DNA of 64,000 bases from a bacterium (GTDB lineage Bacteria > JAHJDO01): contig JAHJDO010000033.1 of assembly GCA_018812485.1 (NCBI GenBank), positions 22,435-86,434 of the forward strand, in the 5' to 3' direction. Below the pieces are notes generated by a model, which saw only the letters and a list, made by a program, of their open reading frames with translations, was not told where the DNA came from and searched no databases. A program made the translations under genes and the position numbers. Positions 50,465 through 59,257 of the stretch are shown piece by piece (position 1 is the first letter of the stretch; every line of letters begins with the position of its first letter).

Positions 50465-50977
50465 TTACGGCCCCTGCAAATATATATTCCCAGTATTATC
50501 GTCATTTCCTGCAGAGTATTCGTTCTGAAGGACGCCAGCATCCACAAAATCGCTATAAACTGTACCATTAGGGACTTTATCTGGACCAACACTAAAAAGC
50601 ACCCATGCTGTCGCTGTATCATCGGTGTCCTCCACTTCATCATTACAATAATATCTGTAGTAAGCATACCCATCATTCGCAGGGAAAGGATCTGTTGGAA
50701 CGCTGCTCATATAGGCTTTTGTATCCTCTACTAATTTGTTTAATCCTTTAGTATCTGTAACTCTGTAGTTTGTCGGATAGGTGGAGTAATCTGCATAGTA
50801 TTGTTCCAGAGACACCCTGATATTTATCATTTCTGCCTTAGCTTTTGCAACCCTTGCCCTTATCCGCGCTTTTGATAAAGCCGGAAGCAGCATGCCTGCA
50901 AGCAGAGCTATTATTGCAACTACAGCAAGCATCTCAACAAGCGTAAACCCCGTTCTTTTGCCAAAAAACTTTATCAT
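50465..50977 (-). CDS. Prepilin-type N-terminal cleavage/methylation protein (type IV pilin / T2SS pseudopilin-like)
   Basis: 170 aa; RBS GGGAGGA; class III leader [35 protein letters not shown]. Confidence 0.75.
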   Translation of the reverse strand: MIKFFGKRTGFTLVEMLAVVAIIALLAGMLLPALSKARIRARVAKAKAEMINIRVSLEQYYADYSTYPTNYRVTDTKGLNKLVEDTKAYMSSVPTDPFPANDGYAYYRYYCNDEVEDTDDTATAWVLFSVGPDKVPNGTVYSDFVDAGVLQNEYSAGNDDNTGNIYLQGP

Positions 50978-51118
50978 ATCAATTATCCTCCCTTAATTAC
51001 ATTTAATATACCAAATAGTTAGGTTGAATTTCAAGGCAAATCAATTTGAGAACATCCCCTAATTTCGTCTCAAGCGAGACCGTCCCCCTTTGAAGGGGGA
51101 TTCAGGGGGATGTAAAAG

Positions 51119-51820
51119 CTATTTCGGAATGCGATAAATAGAAATGGTGGTATTTTTCCCTGATTCAACAACAATTCCTCCAAGCTGAGAGGCAAATGCT
51201 CTTTTTATATCCTGATTTGGCTTGCTTTTATCTATTGCTTCTCTTAAGACAAAATCTGCATTCTTGATCGGTTTCCAATCCTCATCAAAATTCTTGAACG
51301 TATAAATGTCAAATCTCCTGAACGCAAAATTCTTCCCCATGGAAGTTTTTCTATCCCTGTGTTTTTCTACAAGCACTTTTGCAGTATAGATATTTCCCTG
51401 AAACATTATCACTTTTTTTGAATCGAAAAAGTCTTTTTCCTCTTCTATTTTCTTACTGATTGCTCTTTTCTCAAGTAAGCTCAAAGGGACTCCATTTCCC
51501 TCCACCCTAAGATTTACTCCCTCAATGGCTAGATCATGTGTTATTACAGAAATATCATATGTTCCGGAAGGGATGTTTTCTATGGAGAATCCGCCTGTAG
51601 TTTTGTTGAAATCGGCTTTGTATCTATTTCCCTTGCCATCTTTGTTAAAAGGTCCCGTTGCTCTAACCAATGCGTGTATACTGACTACTTTTTCTTTTGG
51701 CTCTATTGTACCTGATATTGAGCCGGTAGTTTGTGCGAAACTAGTTCTAATTAACAATAAGGACAGCAAAATAGAAACTGGAATTATTTTAAATGGATTA
51801 TTGCTTTTTGAAATGGTCAT
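51119..51820 (-). CDS. Secreted hypothetical protein with carboxypeptidase-regulatory-like (CarboxypepD_reg) beta-sandwich
   Basis: ATG at 51820 (the track TTG is at 51826). Signal peptide MTISKSNNPFKIIPVSILLSLLLIRTSFAQ; GSISGTIEP...ATGPFNKDGKG...FSIENIPSGTYDISV pattern. Confidence 0.45.
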   Translation of the reverse strand: MTISKSNNPFKIIPVSILLSLLLIRTSFAQTTGSISGTIEPKEKVVSIHALVRATGPFNKDGKGNRYKADFNKTTGGFSIENIPSGTYDISVITHDLAIEGVNLRVEGNGVPLSLLEKRAISKKIEEEKDFFDSKKVIMFQGNIYTAKVLVEKHRDRKTSMGKNFAFRRFDIYTFKNFDEDWKPIKNADFVLREAIDKSKPNQDIKRAFASQLGGIVVESGKNTTISIYRIPK

Positions 51821-52742
51821 ATCCAAACTTCGTAAGTTTTGTTAGTCTATTGTCTTTTTTCAGATAAATACCCTTACCCTTAGTAATTTCGCCGACACAG
51901 TAGCCGTATGCTTTTTTGCTTCTTTCTTTTGAAACAGTATAAACAAGCTCAAAATCCTCTCCTCCATAAAGAGCAAAATCCAAAGCATCTTCTCCACAAG
52001 CCTGAGCAGCCATATGAGTTTGGTCATTTATGGGAACCTTATCTGCATATATAATAACTCCACATTTGCTCTGCTCGGAGATATTTCTGAGCTCAGAGGC
52101 AAGCCCGTCACTTATATCCTCCATTGCATTGGCATAGCCTGCAATCTCCCATGATACATCCAGCCTTGATTGAGGGGTAGTGTGGCATCTTTTAGTCACT
52201 TCAAATCCTTTTATTTCTTTTCTGAAAAGATGCAAGCCTGCTGTTGATGCGCCGAGAAGCCCTGTTACAAATATAAGGTCTCCCGCCTTTGCATCTTTTC
52301 TCATACAAAGATGTTTTTTATCTGTTTCGCCTATCAAAGTTATAGTAATAACATTCGCATTTCCGTGTGTAGTGTCGCCTCCTATTATATCGACATTATG
52401 CTTTTTGCACCTATTTCTCATCCCTTTGTATATTTCCTCAACCATATGCATTGTTGAATCAGATTTTAATACAAGAGAAACCAATACATACAAAGGCACA
52501 CCTCCCATTGCAGCAATATCGGAAAAATTACTTTCAATGGCTTTTATGCCAATCTGCTCAGGTGTAAAATAGGAAAAAGAAAAATGATCATGTTCAACAA
52601 TAGTGTCCGTTGTTAATAAAAGAAACTTGTTACCATATTTTATTACAGCAGCATCATCTCCTATGCCGCAGATTACTTCCTTTCTTACTGCGCGAGCAGC
52701 AATATGTTTTATTAACTCAAACTCTCCGCTAAGCTTTGTCAC
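51798..52742 (-). CDS. thiL: Thiamine-monophosphate kinase
   Basis: 314 aa; AIR-synthase-related fold with ThiL N-terminus FELIKHIAARAVRKEVICGIGDDAAVIKYGNKFLLLTTDTIVEHDHF. Confidence 0.8.
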   Translation of the reverse strand: MTKLSGEFELIKHIAARAVRKEVICGIGDDAAVIKYGNKFLLLTTDTIVEHDHFSFSYFTPEQIGIKAIESNFSDIAAMGGVPLYVLVSLVLKSDSTMHMVEEIYKGMRNRCKKHNVDIIGGDTTHGNANVITITLIGETDKKHLCMRKDAKAGDLIFVTGLLGASTAGLHLFRKEIKGFEVTKRCHTTPQSRLDVSWEIAGYANAMEDISDGLASELRNISEQSKCGVIIYADKVPINDQTHMAAQACGEDALDFALYGGEDFELVYTVSKERSKKAYGYCVGEITKGKGIYLKKDNRLTKLTKFGYDHFKKQ

Positions 52743-53988
52743 GTTGCCAGTCCTTCATTACACAAAACTCTCCACACATTGTGCACTCTTCATCTTTACC
52801 TATTCTGCTGTGTTTTCTATATTCCCTTGCTTTTTCAGGATCTATTGAAAGAGCTATCATGCCTTCCCAATCCAGTTTCTTCCTGCTTACAGACATTCTC
52901 CTATCCCAGTCCAAAGCTTTTTTATGTCCCCTTGCCACATCCGCTGCATGCGCAGCTATCTTTGTGGCAATTACACCTTCTTTTACATCGGCTTCTGTCG
53001 GCAGGCTCAAGTGTTCTGCAGGAGTAACATAACATAGAAAAGATGCTCCATAATATGCAGCAAGGGTTCCTCCTATTGCGCATGTTATATGATCGTATCC
53101 CGGCGCAATATCTGTTACAAGCGGGCCAAGAACATAAAACGGCGCATTCTTGCAATATTTTTTCTGAAGCTTTATGTTCTTCTCAATCTGATTCAATGGA
53201 ATATGTCCGGGCCCTTCTATCATTGCCTGAACCCCTCTATTCCGAGCTCTTTCAGCTAATATACCGAGATTCTTAAGTTCTTTTATCTGTGCTTTATCTG
53301 TTGCATCTGCAATGCATCCAGGCCTCAGGCCATCCCCAAGACTCAGAGTCATATCATATTCTTTTGCTATGTCCATGACCTCATCATAATACTCAAATAA
53401 CGGATTTTCCCTGCCGTGATACTGCATCCATCTCATTATAAAAGTTCCTCCTCTGGACACAACACCGGTTATTCTGTTTTTCAACAGAGGAATGCAATCT
53501 CTTGTGAATCCGCAGTGAACAGTTATAAAATCAACCCCCTGCTCACCGTGTATTCGAATTGTATTTAATATATCTTCTTTGCTTATCCTAGCAATATGCT
53601 TTTTTTCTACCATTACCTGATAAACAGGGACAGTTCCCACTGGTACGCTTGATTCTTTAATAATTGTCCTGCGTATCTTATTCAGATCGCCTCCTGTGCT
53701 TAAATCCATGACTGCATCAGCGCCAGACTTAATTGCAACACGGAGTTTTTTCAACTCCTTTTTAATATCTGCATCCTTTGGAGACGTACCTATATTTGCG
53801 TTTATCTTTACCATTAAACCAGACCCAATACCTATTGGAGAGAATTTATGCTTTTTGCTTTTAGGAATAACTATTTCTCCTGCAGCGATTCTTTGAACTA
53901 ACTTATTTGTGTCTATCCCTTCTTTTTTAGCTACTATTTTTATATCATTTGTAATGATATGCTTCTTTGCCGCCTCAAGTAATGTCAT
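52729..53988 (-). CDS. thiC: Phosphomethylpyrimidine synthase (radical SAM)
   Basis: 419 aa; full-length ThiC similarity, including the C-terminal CTMCGEFCVMK cluster motif (CX2CX4C). Confidence 0.9.
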   Translation of the reverse strand: MTLLEAAKKHIITNDIKIVAKKEGIDTNKLVQRIAAGEIVIPKSKKHKFSPIGIGSGLMVKINANIGTSPKDADIKKELKKLRVAIKSGADAVMDLSTGGDLNKIRRTIIKESSVPVGTVPVYQVMVEKKHIARISKEDILNTIRIHGEQGVDFITVHCGFTRDCIPLLKNRITGVVSRGGTFIMRWMQYHGRENPLFEYYDEVMDIAKEYDMTLSLGDGLRPGCIADATDKAQIKELKNLGILAERARNRGVQAMIEGPGHIPLNQIEKNIKLQKKYCKNAPFYVLGPLVTDIAPGYDHITCAIGGTLAAYYGASFLCYVTPAEHLSLPTEADVKEGVIATKIAAHAADVARGHKKALDWDRRMSVSRKKLDWEGMIALSIDPEKAREYRKHSRIGKDEECTMCGEFCVMKDWQRDKA

Positions 53989-54767
53989 ACGTTTCCCCTT
54001 AGTTTCTTTATTATCATCTCTGATGCTTTTTTACCAGATAGCAGCATTCCTCCAAAAATGGGCCCCATTCTGGGTCCTCCAAATGCCGCATTTGCTGCCA
54101 TGCCAACCACAAATAATCCGGGATATATCTCCTTTGTATTCTTTATTGTATCCTTTTCTGCTTTATCTGCATTCATGGGCATTTCTCCCATTATTTTACC
54201 TGTCTTTGTTCCTAACTTTACACGGGCCTTTTTCTCAAGCACGGTCAATACTTCAAGAGGATGCCCTGTTGCCTCTATGGCGTATTTGCTTTTAACAGTT
54301 AAAGGATCAACATGCAGGTTGGCAATCCCTACTGAAGACCAGTTAATAACAAATCCTTTTACGGTATTGTCAATAATTACAGTATCCTCTACAGATATGC
54401 AGTTGAATATTTTTACACCTGCAGACATTGCTTTTGCCAGAAGCTTTGACATTGCCTCAACTGAATCAGCTACGTAATAATTTTTTTGATATTCTTTATA
54501 TGAAATGTCAAACTCATCAAGGATACCTAAAGCGTTTGCCTGCACAACGATCTGGTTGAACATCATGCCTCCTCCCCACATACCTCCGCCAGGCGAGAGT
54601 TTTCTTTCGAATATTGCAACATGTAATCCTTTTCTTGCCATATAATAGGAAGCTACTATGCCTGCAGGCCCTGCGCCTGCAATTGCTACATCAAGGTTCA
54701 GACAATTTATAAGCTTCTTGTTATATGTTTCCAGTATAGCTTTTGAGATTATTGTTTCATCCAACAT
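53985..54767 (-). CDS. thi4: Thiazole synthase of the Thi4/THI1 family (archaeal/eukaryotic-type), not ThiG
   Basis: 260 aa; FAD/NAD-fold LDVAIAGAGPAGIVASYYMARKGLHVAIFERKLSPGGGMWGGGMMFNQIVV, typical of Thi4; RBS GGAGGTG. Confidence 0.8.
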   Translation of the reverse strand: MLDETIISKAILETYNKKLINCLNLDVAIAGAGPAGIVASYYMARKGLHVAIFERKLSPGGGMWGGGMMFNQIVVQANALGILDEFDISYKEYQKNYYVADSVEAMSKLLAKAMSAGVKIFNCISVEDTVIIDNTVKGFVINWSSVGIANLHVDPLTVKSKYAIEATGHPLEVLTVLEKKARVKLGTKTGKIMGEMPMNADKAEKDTIKNTKEIYPGLFVVGMAANAAFGGPRMGPIFGGMLLSGKKASEMIIKKLRGNV

Positions 54768-54832
54768 TTTTCACCTCCATAAAAAAATCTGCTCCATTCA
54801 GGAACAGATTAAAACCAATTCTAATTTATTTT

Positions 54833-54915
54833 CCGTTCCCTACGCGGGTATTATCCCAACAGGTTCAAGGGGTCTTCCGAATACTTTCGGAACTCTCAGC
54901 TCTACGCTCCCCCAG
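54833..54915 (-). ncRNA. TPP riboswitch (THI element) in the thi4-thiC-thiL leader
   Basis: Minus-strand RNA reads CUGGGGGAGCGUAGAGCUGAGAGUUCCGAAAGUAUUCGGAAGACCCCUUGAACCUGUUGGGAUAAUACCCGCGUAGGGAA. It carries the conserved CUGAGA and ACCC-UUGAACCUGxUxGGxUAAUxCCxGCGxAGGGA cores. About 65 nt separate it from the thi4 ATG. Confidence 0.85.
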
Positions 54916-54939
54916 ATTTTTATTATAATTCTTTTATGA

Positions 54940-57399
54940 CTAAATTACAATATTAACTAATTTTCCAGGAACTACAAATATCTTCCGAATTGTTTTATTG
55001 GCTATAATTTCTTTTATACACTGATTATCCAGAGCAAGTTTTTTGATTTCTTCTTCGCTGAGATTCGTGCTTATTTGCATTCTGCTTTTTATCTTCCCAT
55101 TAATCTGCACAACGATCTCAATTTCATCAACTTTTATCGCGTCCTCATTATACTCAGGCCACACCTGCTTGTGGATACTATGCTGATGCCCCGTAACATG
55201 CCACAGTTCCTCTGATAGAAAAGGAGTAACAGGGGACAATAATCTTATCAATGTTTCCAAAGCCTCTATCCACAGTTTAGAGGATGTAACTTCTTTATCC
55301 TTCTTAATCTCATATAAATAGTTGATATACTCCATTAAAGCAGCAACAGCAGTATTAAACTGAAGACGCTCAATATCAGCGGTAAACCTCTTAATCGTCT
55401 TGTGTATCCACATGTTTAATATTTTATCTTTCTTGTTATCCCTTCTTTGTGCCTCTGTCCCTTTGTGCCTCTGTGCCTCAAGCACGATATCCCATACTCT
55501 GTTAAGAAAACGAGATACTCCCTTTATTCCTTTTTGTTCCCATTTTACTTCCTGGTCGAATGGACCCATGAACAGAATATACGCTCTGAGAGCGTCTGTT
55601 CCAAATTCTTCTGCCACACTGTCCGGGGTTATAACATTGCCCTTTGACTTTGACATCTTCTGATTATCATGGGAAAGCATCATTCCCTGATTTTTCAAAA
55701 CTTTAAATGGCTCATCGAATTCTATTAATCCCTCGTCATACATCACTTTTGTCCAGAAGCGCGCATATAGAAGGTGCATAACTGCATGCTCTGCGCCGCC
55801 AACATATAAATCTACAGGCAGCCAATACTTGACCTTTTCTTTATCAAAAGGAGCTCTTGAAGAATCCGGATTTGGAAATCGCAGAAAATACCATGAAGAA
55901 CATGCAAAGCCGTCCATTGTATCAGTTTCTCTTTGTGCAGGCCCCCCGCATTTTGGGCATTTAGTATTTACAAAATCATCTACCTTTGCCAGAGGAGAAC
56001 GGCCTGTCCCTGTTGGCTGAAAATCCTCAATGTCCGGCAGCAATACCGGGAGTTCATTCTCTGGCACAGGAACTATGCCGCATTTTTTACACTGAATTAT
56101 GGGAATAGGCGCTCCCCAATATCTTTGACGGGATATGAGCCAGTCTCTGAATCTGTACGAAATTTTTTTACCGCCAAATCCGTGTTCTTTAGCAAATTCA
56201 CTAAGCTTCTCAATCCCCTCTTCTGATGATAAACCATTAAACTGATCTGAATTTATCATTATTCCATATTCAACATATGCATCCCCTAACACATGTTCTT
56301 TCCCATCAGGGCTTATAACCTCTTTAATGGGAATATTATATTTTTTAGCAAAAGCAAAATCTCTTTTGTCATGCGCAGGTACTGCCATCACTGCGCCAGT
56401 CCCATAGGAAAGAAGAACATAATCCCCAATCCAGATTGGCACTTTATCACCATTAAATGGATTTTCTGCATAGGAGCCTGTAAAAACGCCTGTCTTTTCT
56501 TTCTCTGTAGATAGACGTTCTATTTCACTCTCTCTGCGCGATTCTTCAACATACGCTTCTACCTTGTTTTTTTGTTCGGATGTAGTTAGCTTTTCTACAA
56601 GAGGATGTTCCGGAGCAAGTGTCATAAACGTAATGCCGTATATAGTATCAACCCTTGTTGTAAAAACAGGAATATTATGTTTGTTTCCACCAGTATCAAC
56701 AGTCTTGAATATTATTTCCGTCCCTTCACTGCGGCCAATCCAGTTGCGTTGCATCATTTTTATAGATTCAGGCCAGTCAACCTTATCCAGGTCATTGATA
56801 AGCCGGTCTGCATAATCTGTTATTTTAAAATACCACTGCTTTAGGGCCTTTCTTGTAACATCCGAGTTGCAGCGCCAGCATTTTCCTGCTTCTACCTGTT
56901 CATTTGCCAGAATTGTTTTGCATGAAGGGCACCACCACTGGGAACCCATAGCCTGATATGCAAGCCCTCTTTTGAAAAGCAGTAAGAAAAACCACTGTGT
57001 CCAGCGATAATAAGCAGGATCCGTAGAATTGATTTCCTTTGTCCAATCATAACTTGCTTCAATTAGATTAAACTGGCGTTTATAGTTTGCTGCATTTTGA
57101 GCAGTAGTTTTTGCCGGATGCATTTTCATCTTTAACGCATAGTTTTCTGCCGGAAGGCCAAAACCATCCCATCCCATTGGATGCAGCACATTATATCCCT
57201 GCATTCTTTTTAGTCTGGTTACAACATCTGACGGGATGTAATTACGGCAATGCCCGACACTCAGACCATCGCCAGAAGGGTAGGGGAAAAAGTCCAGACA
57301 GTAAAACTTTGGTTTGTTTTTGTCTTTACCTGTGGCATACAGATCCATCTTCTGCCATACTGGCCGCCACTTTTTTTCTATTTCTTTAAATGGATACAT
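54940..57399 (-). CDS. leuS: Leucine--tRNA ligase
   Basis: 819 aa; HIGH-type region PYPSGDGLSVGHCRNY; KMSKS motif KMSKSKGNV; CP1 editing-domain length. Confidence 0.95.
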   Translation of the reverse strand: MYPFKEIEKKWRPVWQKMDLYATGKDKNKPKFYCLDFFPYPSGDGLSVGHCRNYIPSDVVTRLKRMQGYNVLHPMGWDGFGLPAENYALKMKMHPAKTTAQNAANYKRQFNLIEASYDWTKEINSTDPAYYRWTQWFFLLLFKRGLAYQAMGSQWWCPSCKTILANEQVEAGKCWRCNSDVTRKALKQWYFKITDYADRLINDLDKVDWPESIKMMQRNWIGRSEGTEIIFKTVDTGGNKHNIPVFTTRVDTIYGITFMTLAPEHPLVEKLTTSEQKNKVEAYVEESRRESEIERLSTEKEKTGVFTGSYAENPFNGDKVPIWIGDYVLLSYGTGAVMAVPAHDKRDFAFAKKYNIPIKEVISPDGKEHVLGDAYVEYGIMINSDQFNGLSSEEGIEKLSEFAKEHGFGGKKISYRFRDWLISRQRYWGAPIPIIQCKKCGIVPVPENELPVLLPDIEDFQPTGTGRSPLAKVDDFVNTKCPKCGGPAQRETDTMDGFACSSWYFLRFPNPDSSRAPFDKEKVKYWLPVDLYVGGAEHAVMHLLYARFWTKVMYDEGLIEFDEPFKVLKNQGMMLSHDNQKMSKSKGNVITPDSVAEEFGTDALRAYILFMGPFDQEVKWEQKGIKGVSRFLNRVWDIVLEAQRHKGTEAQRRDNKKDKILNMWIHKTIKRFTADIERLQFNTAVAALMEYINYLYEIKKDKEVTSSKLWIEALETLIRLLSPVTPFLSEELWHVTGHQHSIHKQVWPEYNEDAIKVDEIEIVVQINGKIKSRMQISTNLSEEEIKKLALDNQCIKEIIANKTIRKIFVVPGKLVNIVI

Positions 57400-57573
57400 G
57401 TTAACAGCTAATTTTTAATTTTCAATTATTAATTGATATCAGAGCAGAATTAAGTATATTGCGAGAGGATGAAAAGTCAAGCGGATTTATATCAAGAGTC
57501 GCCCCAATTTTTTCAGAGATGGAAGAGCAGATTCTTATGATCTGCTCTGGGGAGAAATAACTTATGGGTTATA

Positions 57574-57621
57574 ACGTGCTCTTCACCGGCCGAGTTTATG
57601 AGGTCCGGTGCAAGAGACGTG
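57574..57621 (-). terminator. Candidate intrinsic terminator after the small lipoprotein gene (imperfect ~14-bp stem)
   Basis: ACGTGCTCTTCACCGG ... CCGGTGCAAGAGACGTG inverted repeat lies 9 nt downstream of the stop at 57630 (minus strand), followed by TTATAACCCATAAGTTATTT. Confidence 0.35.
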
Positions 57622-57629
57622 TTCTGTAA

Positions 57630-57920
57630 TTATTCATGTGTACTTGGTTCATTTTTTTTGAGCCAATCTTTTGGTAAATCATCCACCGAAGTTATGAAAT
57701 ATGTGTCTTTCCATTTCTTCTGATTCAGAGTGGACATCTCGGAAACTTTCAGAATAGCCTTGTCATCTTTCACTGCAACGAACTTTGTACAACGCATGGA
57801 TTCTGGATTTCTGGCTAGCATTTCCATGAATTCTTGACCAGTAATTTGCTTTGGTTCATTGCATCCAGTCAAAAAAAGCAGACTGCTGGCTATAAGCATT
57901 GTAAAAATTACGTTTTTCAT
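57630..57920 (-). CDS. Small lipoprotein (96 aa)
   Basis: ATG at 57920 with RBS AGGAGG; MKNVIFTMLIASSLLFLTGC lipobox. Confidence 0.5.
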   Translation of the reverse strand: MKNVIFTMLIASSLLFLTGCNEPKQITGQEFMEMLARNPESMRCTKFVAVKDDKAILKVSEMSTLNQKKWKDTYFITSVDDLPKDWLKKNEPSTHE

Positions 57921-58086
57921 TTCATACCTCCTTGTACATAACAATTAATATACAAACTTCTTTTTTGCATTATCTTTCTCTATTTTGTTTAGAATATCAC
58001 ACTTTTCTGAACAAAAAAAGCACAAAACTAAAGAATTACAGCGTTTTTGTCATTGCGGGCGTTAGCAAAGCGAATATTTGCCTCCA

Positions 58087-59130
58087 TTAAGAGATAGGCA
58101 TTGTTAGAAGTTTATAATATGTTGCCTTGCCTTTGCCCAATTTTTCGATAATTCTCAAATCTATCAATTTTCTAAAATCAAGATTTCTGGTTGGCTTGGC
58201 TCTATCGGTTAATTTAGCATAATCGCGACCAGTGATGTAACCATGCTCTTTAATGTAATAAATTATTTTTTTGTGGTAATCTTTCAGCTCTGTCTTTGGA
58301 GATATCGTCTCCCGAGTTAATTCTTTGATGACTCTAAGTAATTCATCAATAAGTCCGTCAGTAAAATATTCCAGCCAGAAAGTAAAATCAATTTGATCTT
58401 TGATGTCGTAATAATTGCCAAAAGCTCCGACTTCTTGAAAATATTTGCTGACATTTTGATTGTAATAATTTTCAAAGCTAAAAAGGTTAAAAGTATCCAA
58501 TCCCATTTTGGCGAGTAGTATTTTAGTAGCTAAACGAGTCGTACGTCCATTACCGTCTGTAAAAGGATGAATGATAACAAATTGTTTATGGAAGATGCCT
58601 GCCAAGATTAGGGGATCGACTTTATTTTGATTCCTATTAATGTAATTGAGCAGATCATTGAGCAGCGCTAATACTTCTTCTTGGTCAGGCGGCCAGTAAA
58701 CAGTCTGTCGGGTTTGTGGATTATTCACAAAAACTGGTTCTTGTCTTATCTTGCCTGAGTTATAGTTAGCGATTAAATCTTGAGTAATGATTTTTTGGAT
58801 ATGTAAAATTAAAGGCAAGTCAAAGACCGCCTTTTTTGTTGCAGTTAATTCATTCAATTCAACGAGGGCGCTATTATAATTCAAAACTTCTTTTTCACTA
58901 TCACGGATATGTTCGGGCCTGTTTTTTAAAATCCTTTTGACATCAGTGAGCGGCAAGGGATTGCCTTCTATGCTGGTAGATGAAAATGCCGACATTTCTC
59001 TGGCTTTTCTTTCCATTCTGGCTAAAACAACCTTTGGAAAACTGCGGCTATTGAGATCAAAAATAATTTCGCTTATTCTTTTGATATTTGAAAGAAGTCT
59101 GTCTGTAATTGTATATTTAGGCTGAAACAT
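58087..59130 (-). CDS. Fic-family protein (class II, with N-terminal inhibitory helix)
   Basis: 347 aa; canonical Fic motif HPFTDGNGRTTR; N-terminal SAFSSTSIEGN fits the (S/T)xxxE(G/N) inhibitory motif; flanked by AT-rich intergenic DNA. Confidence 0.85.
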   Translation of the reverse strand: MFQPKYTITDRLLSNIKRISEIIFDLNSRSFPKVVLARMERKAREMSAFSSTSIEGNPLPLTDVKRILKNRPEHIRDSEKEVLNYNSALVELNELTATKKAVFDLPLILHIQKIITQDLIANYNSGKIRQEPVFVNNPQTRQTVYWPPDQEEVLALLNDLLNYINRNQNKVDPLILAGIFHKQFVIIHPFTDGNGRTTRLATKILLAKMGLDTFNLFSFENYYNQNVSKYFQEVGAFGNYYDIKDQIDFTFWLEYFTDGLIDELLRVIKELTRETISPKTELKDYHKKIIYYIKEHGYITGRDYAKLTDRAKPTRNLDFRKLIDLRIIEKLGKGKATYYKLLTMPIS

Positions 59131-59257
59131 AATAGACGTATTATAGACGATTCATAGACAATTATCAACTTCTATTTCTCGCCAAGAGATTGCTTCATCT
59201 GGAGATGTGATTTTGGTTTTTCTTGTATTTTAAATTTAATTTATATAAAGTATCGGC

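Noticed and set aside
57400-57629. T-box riboswitch upstream of leuS
   Set aside because: The leader is only ~230 nt. I could not find the conserved T-box sequence (AAUUAGGGUGGNACCGCG) or a Leu specifier arrangement; only simple hairpins.
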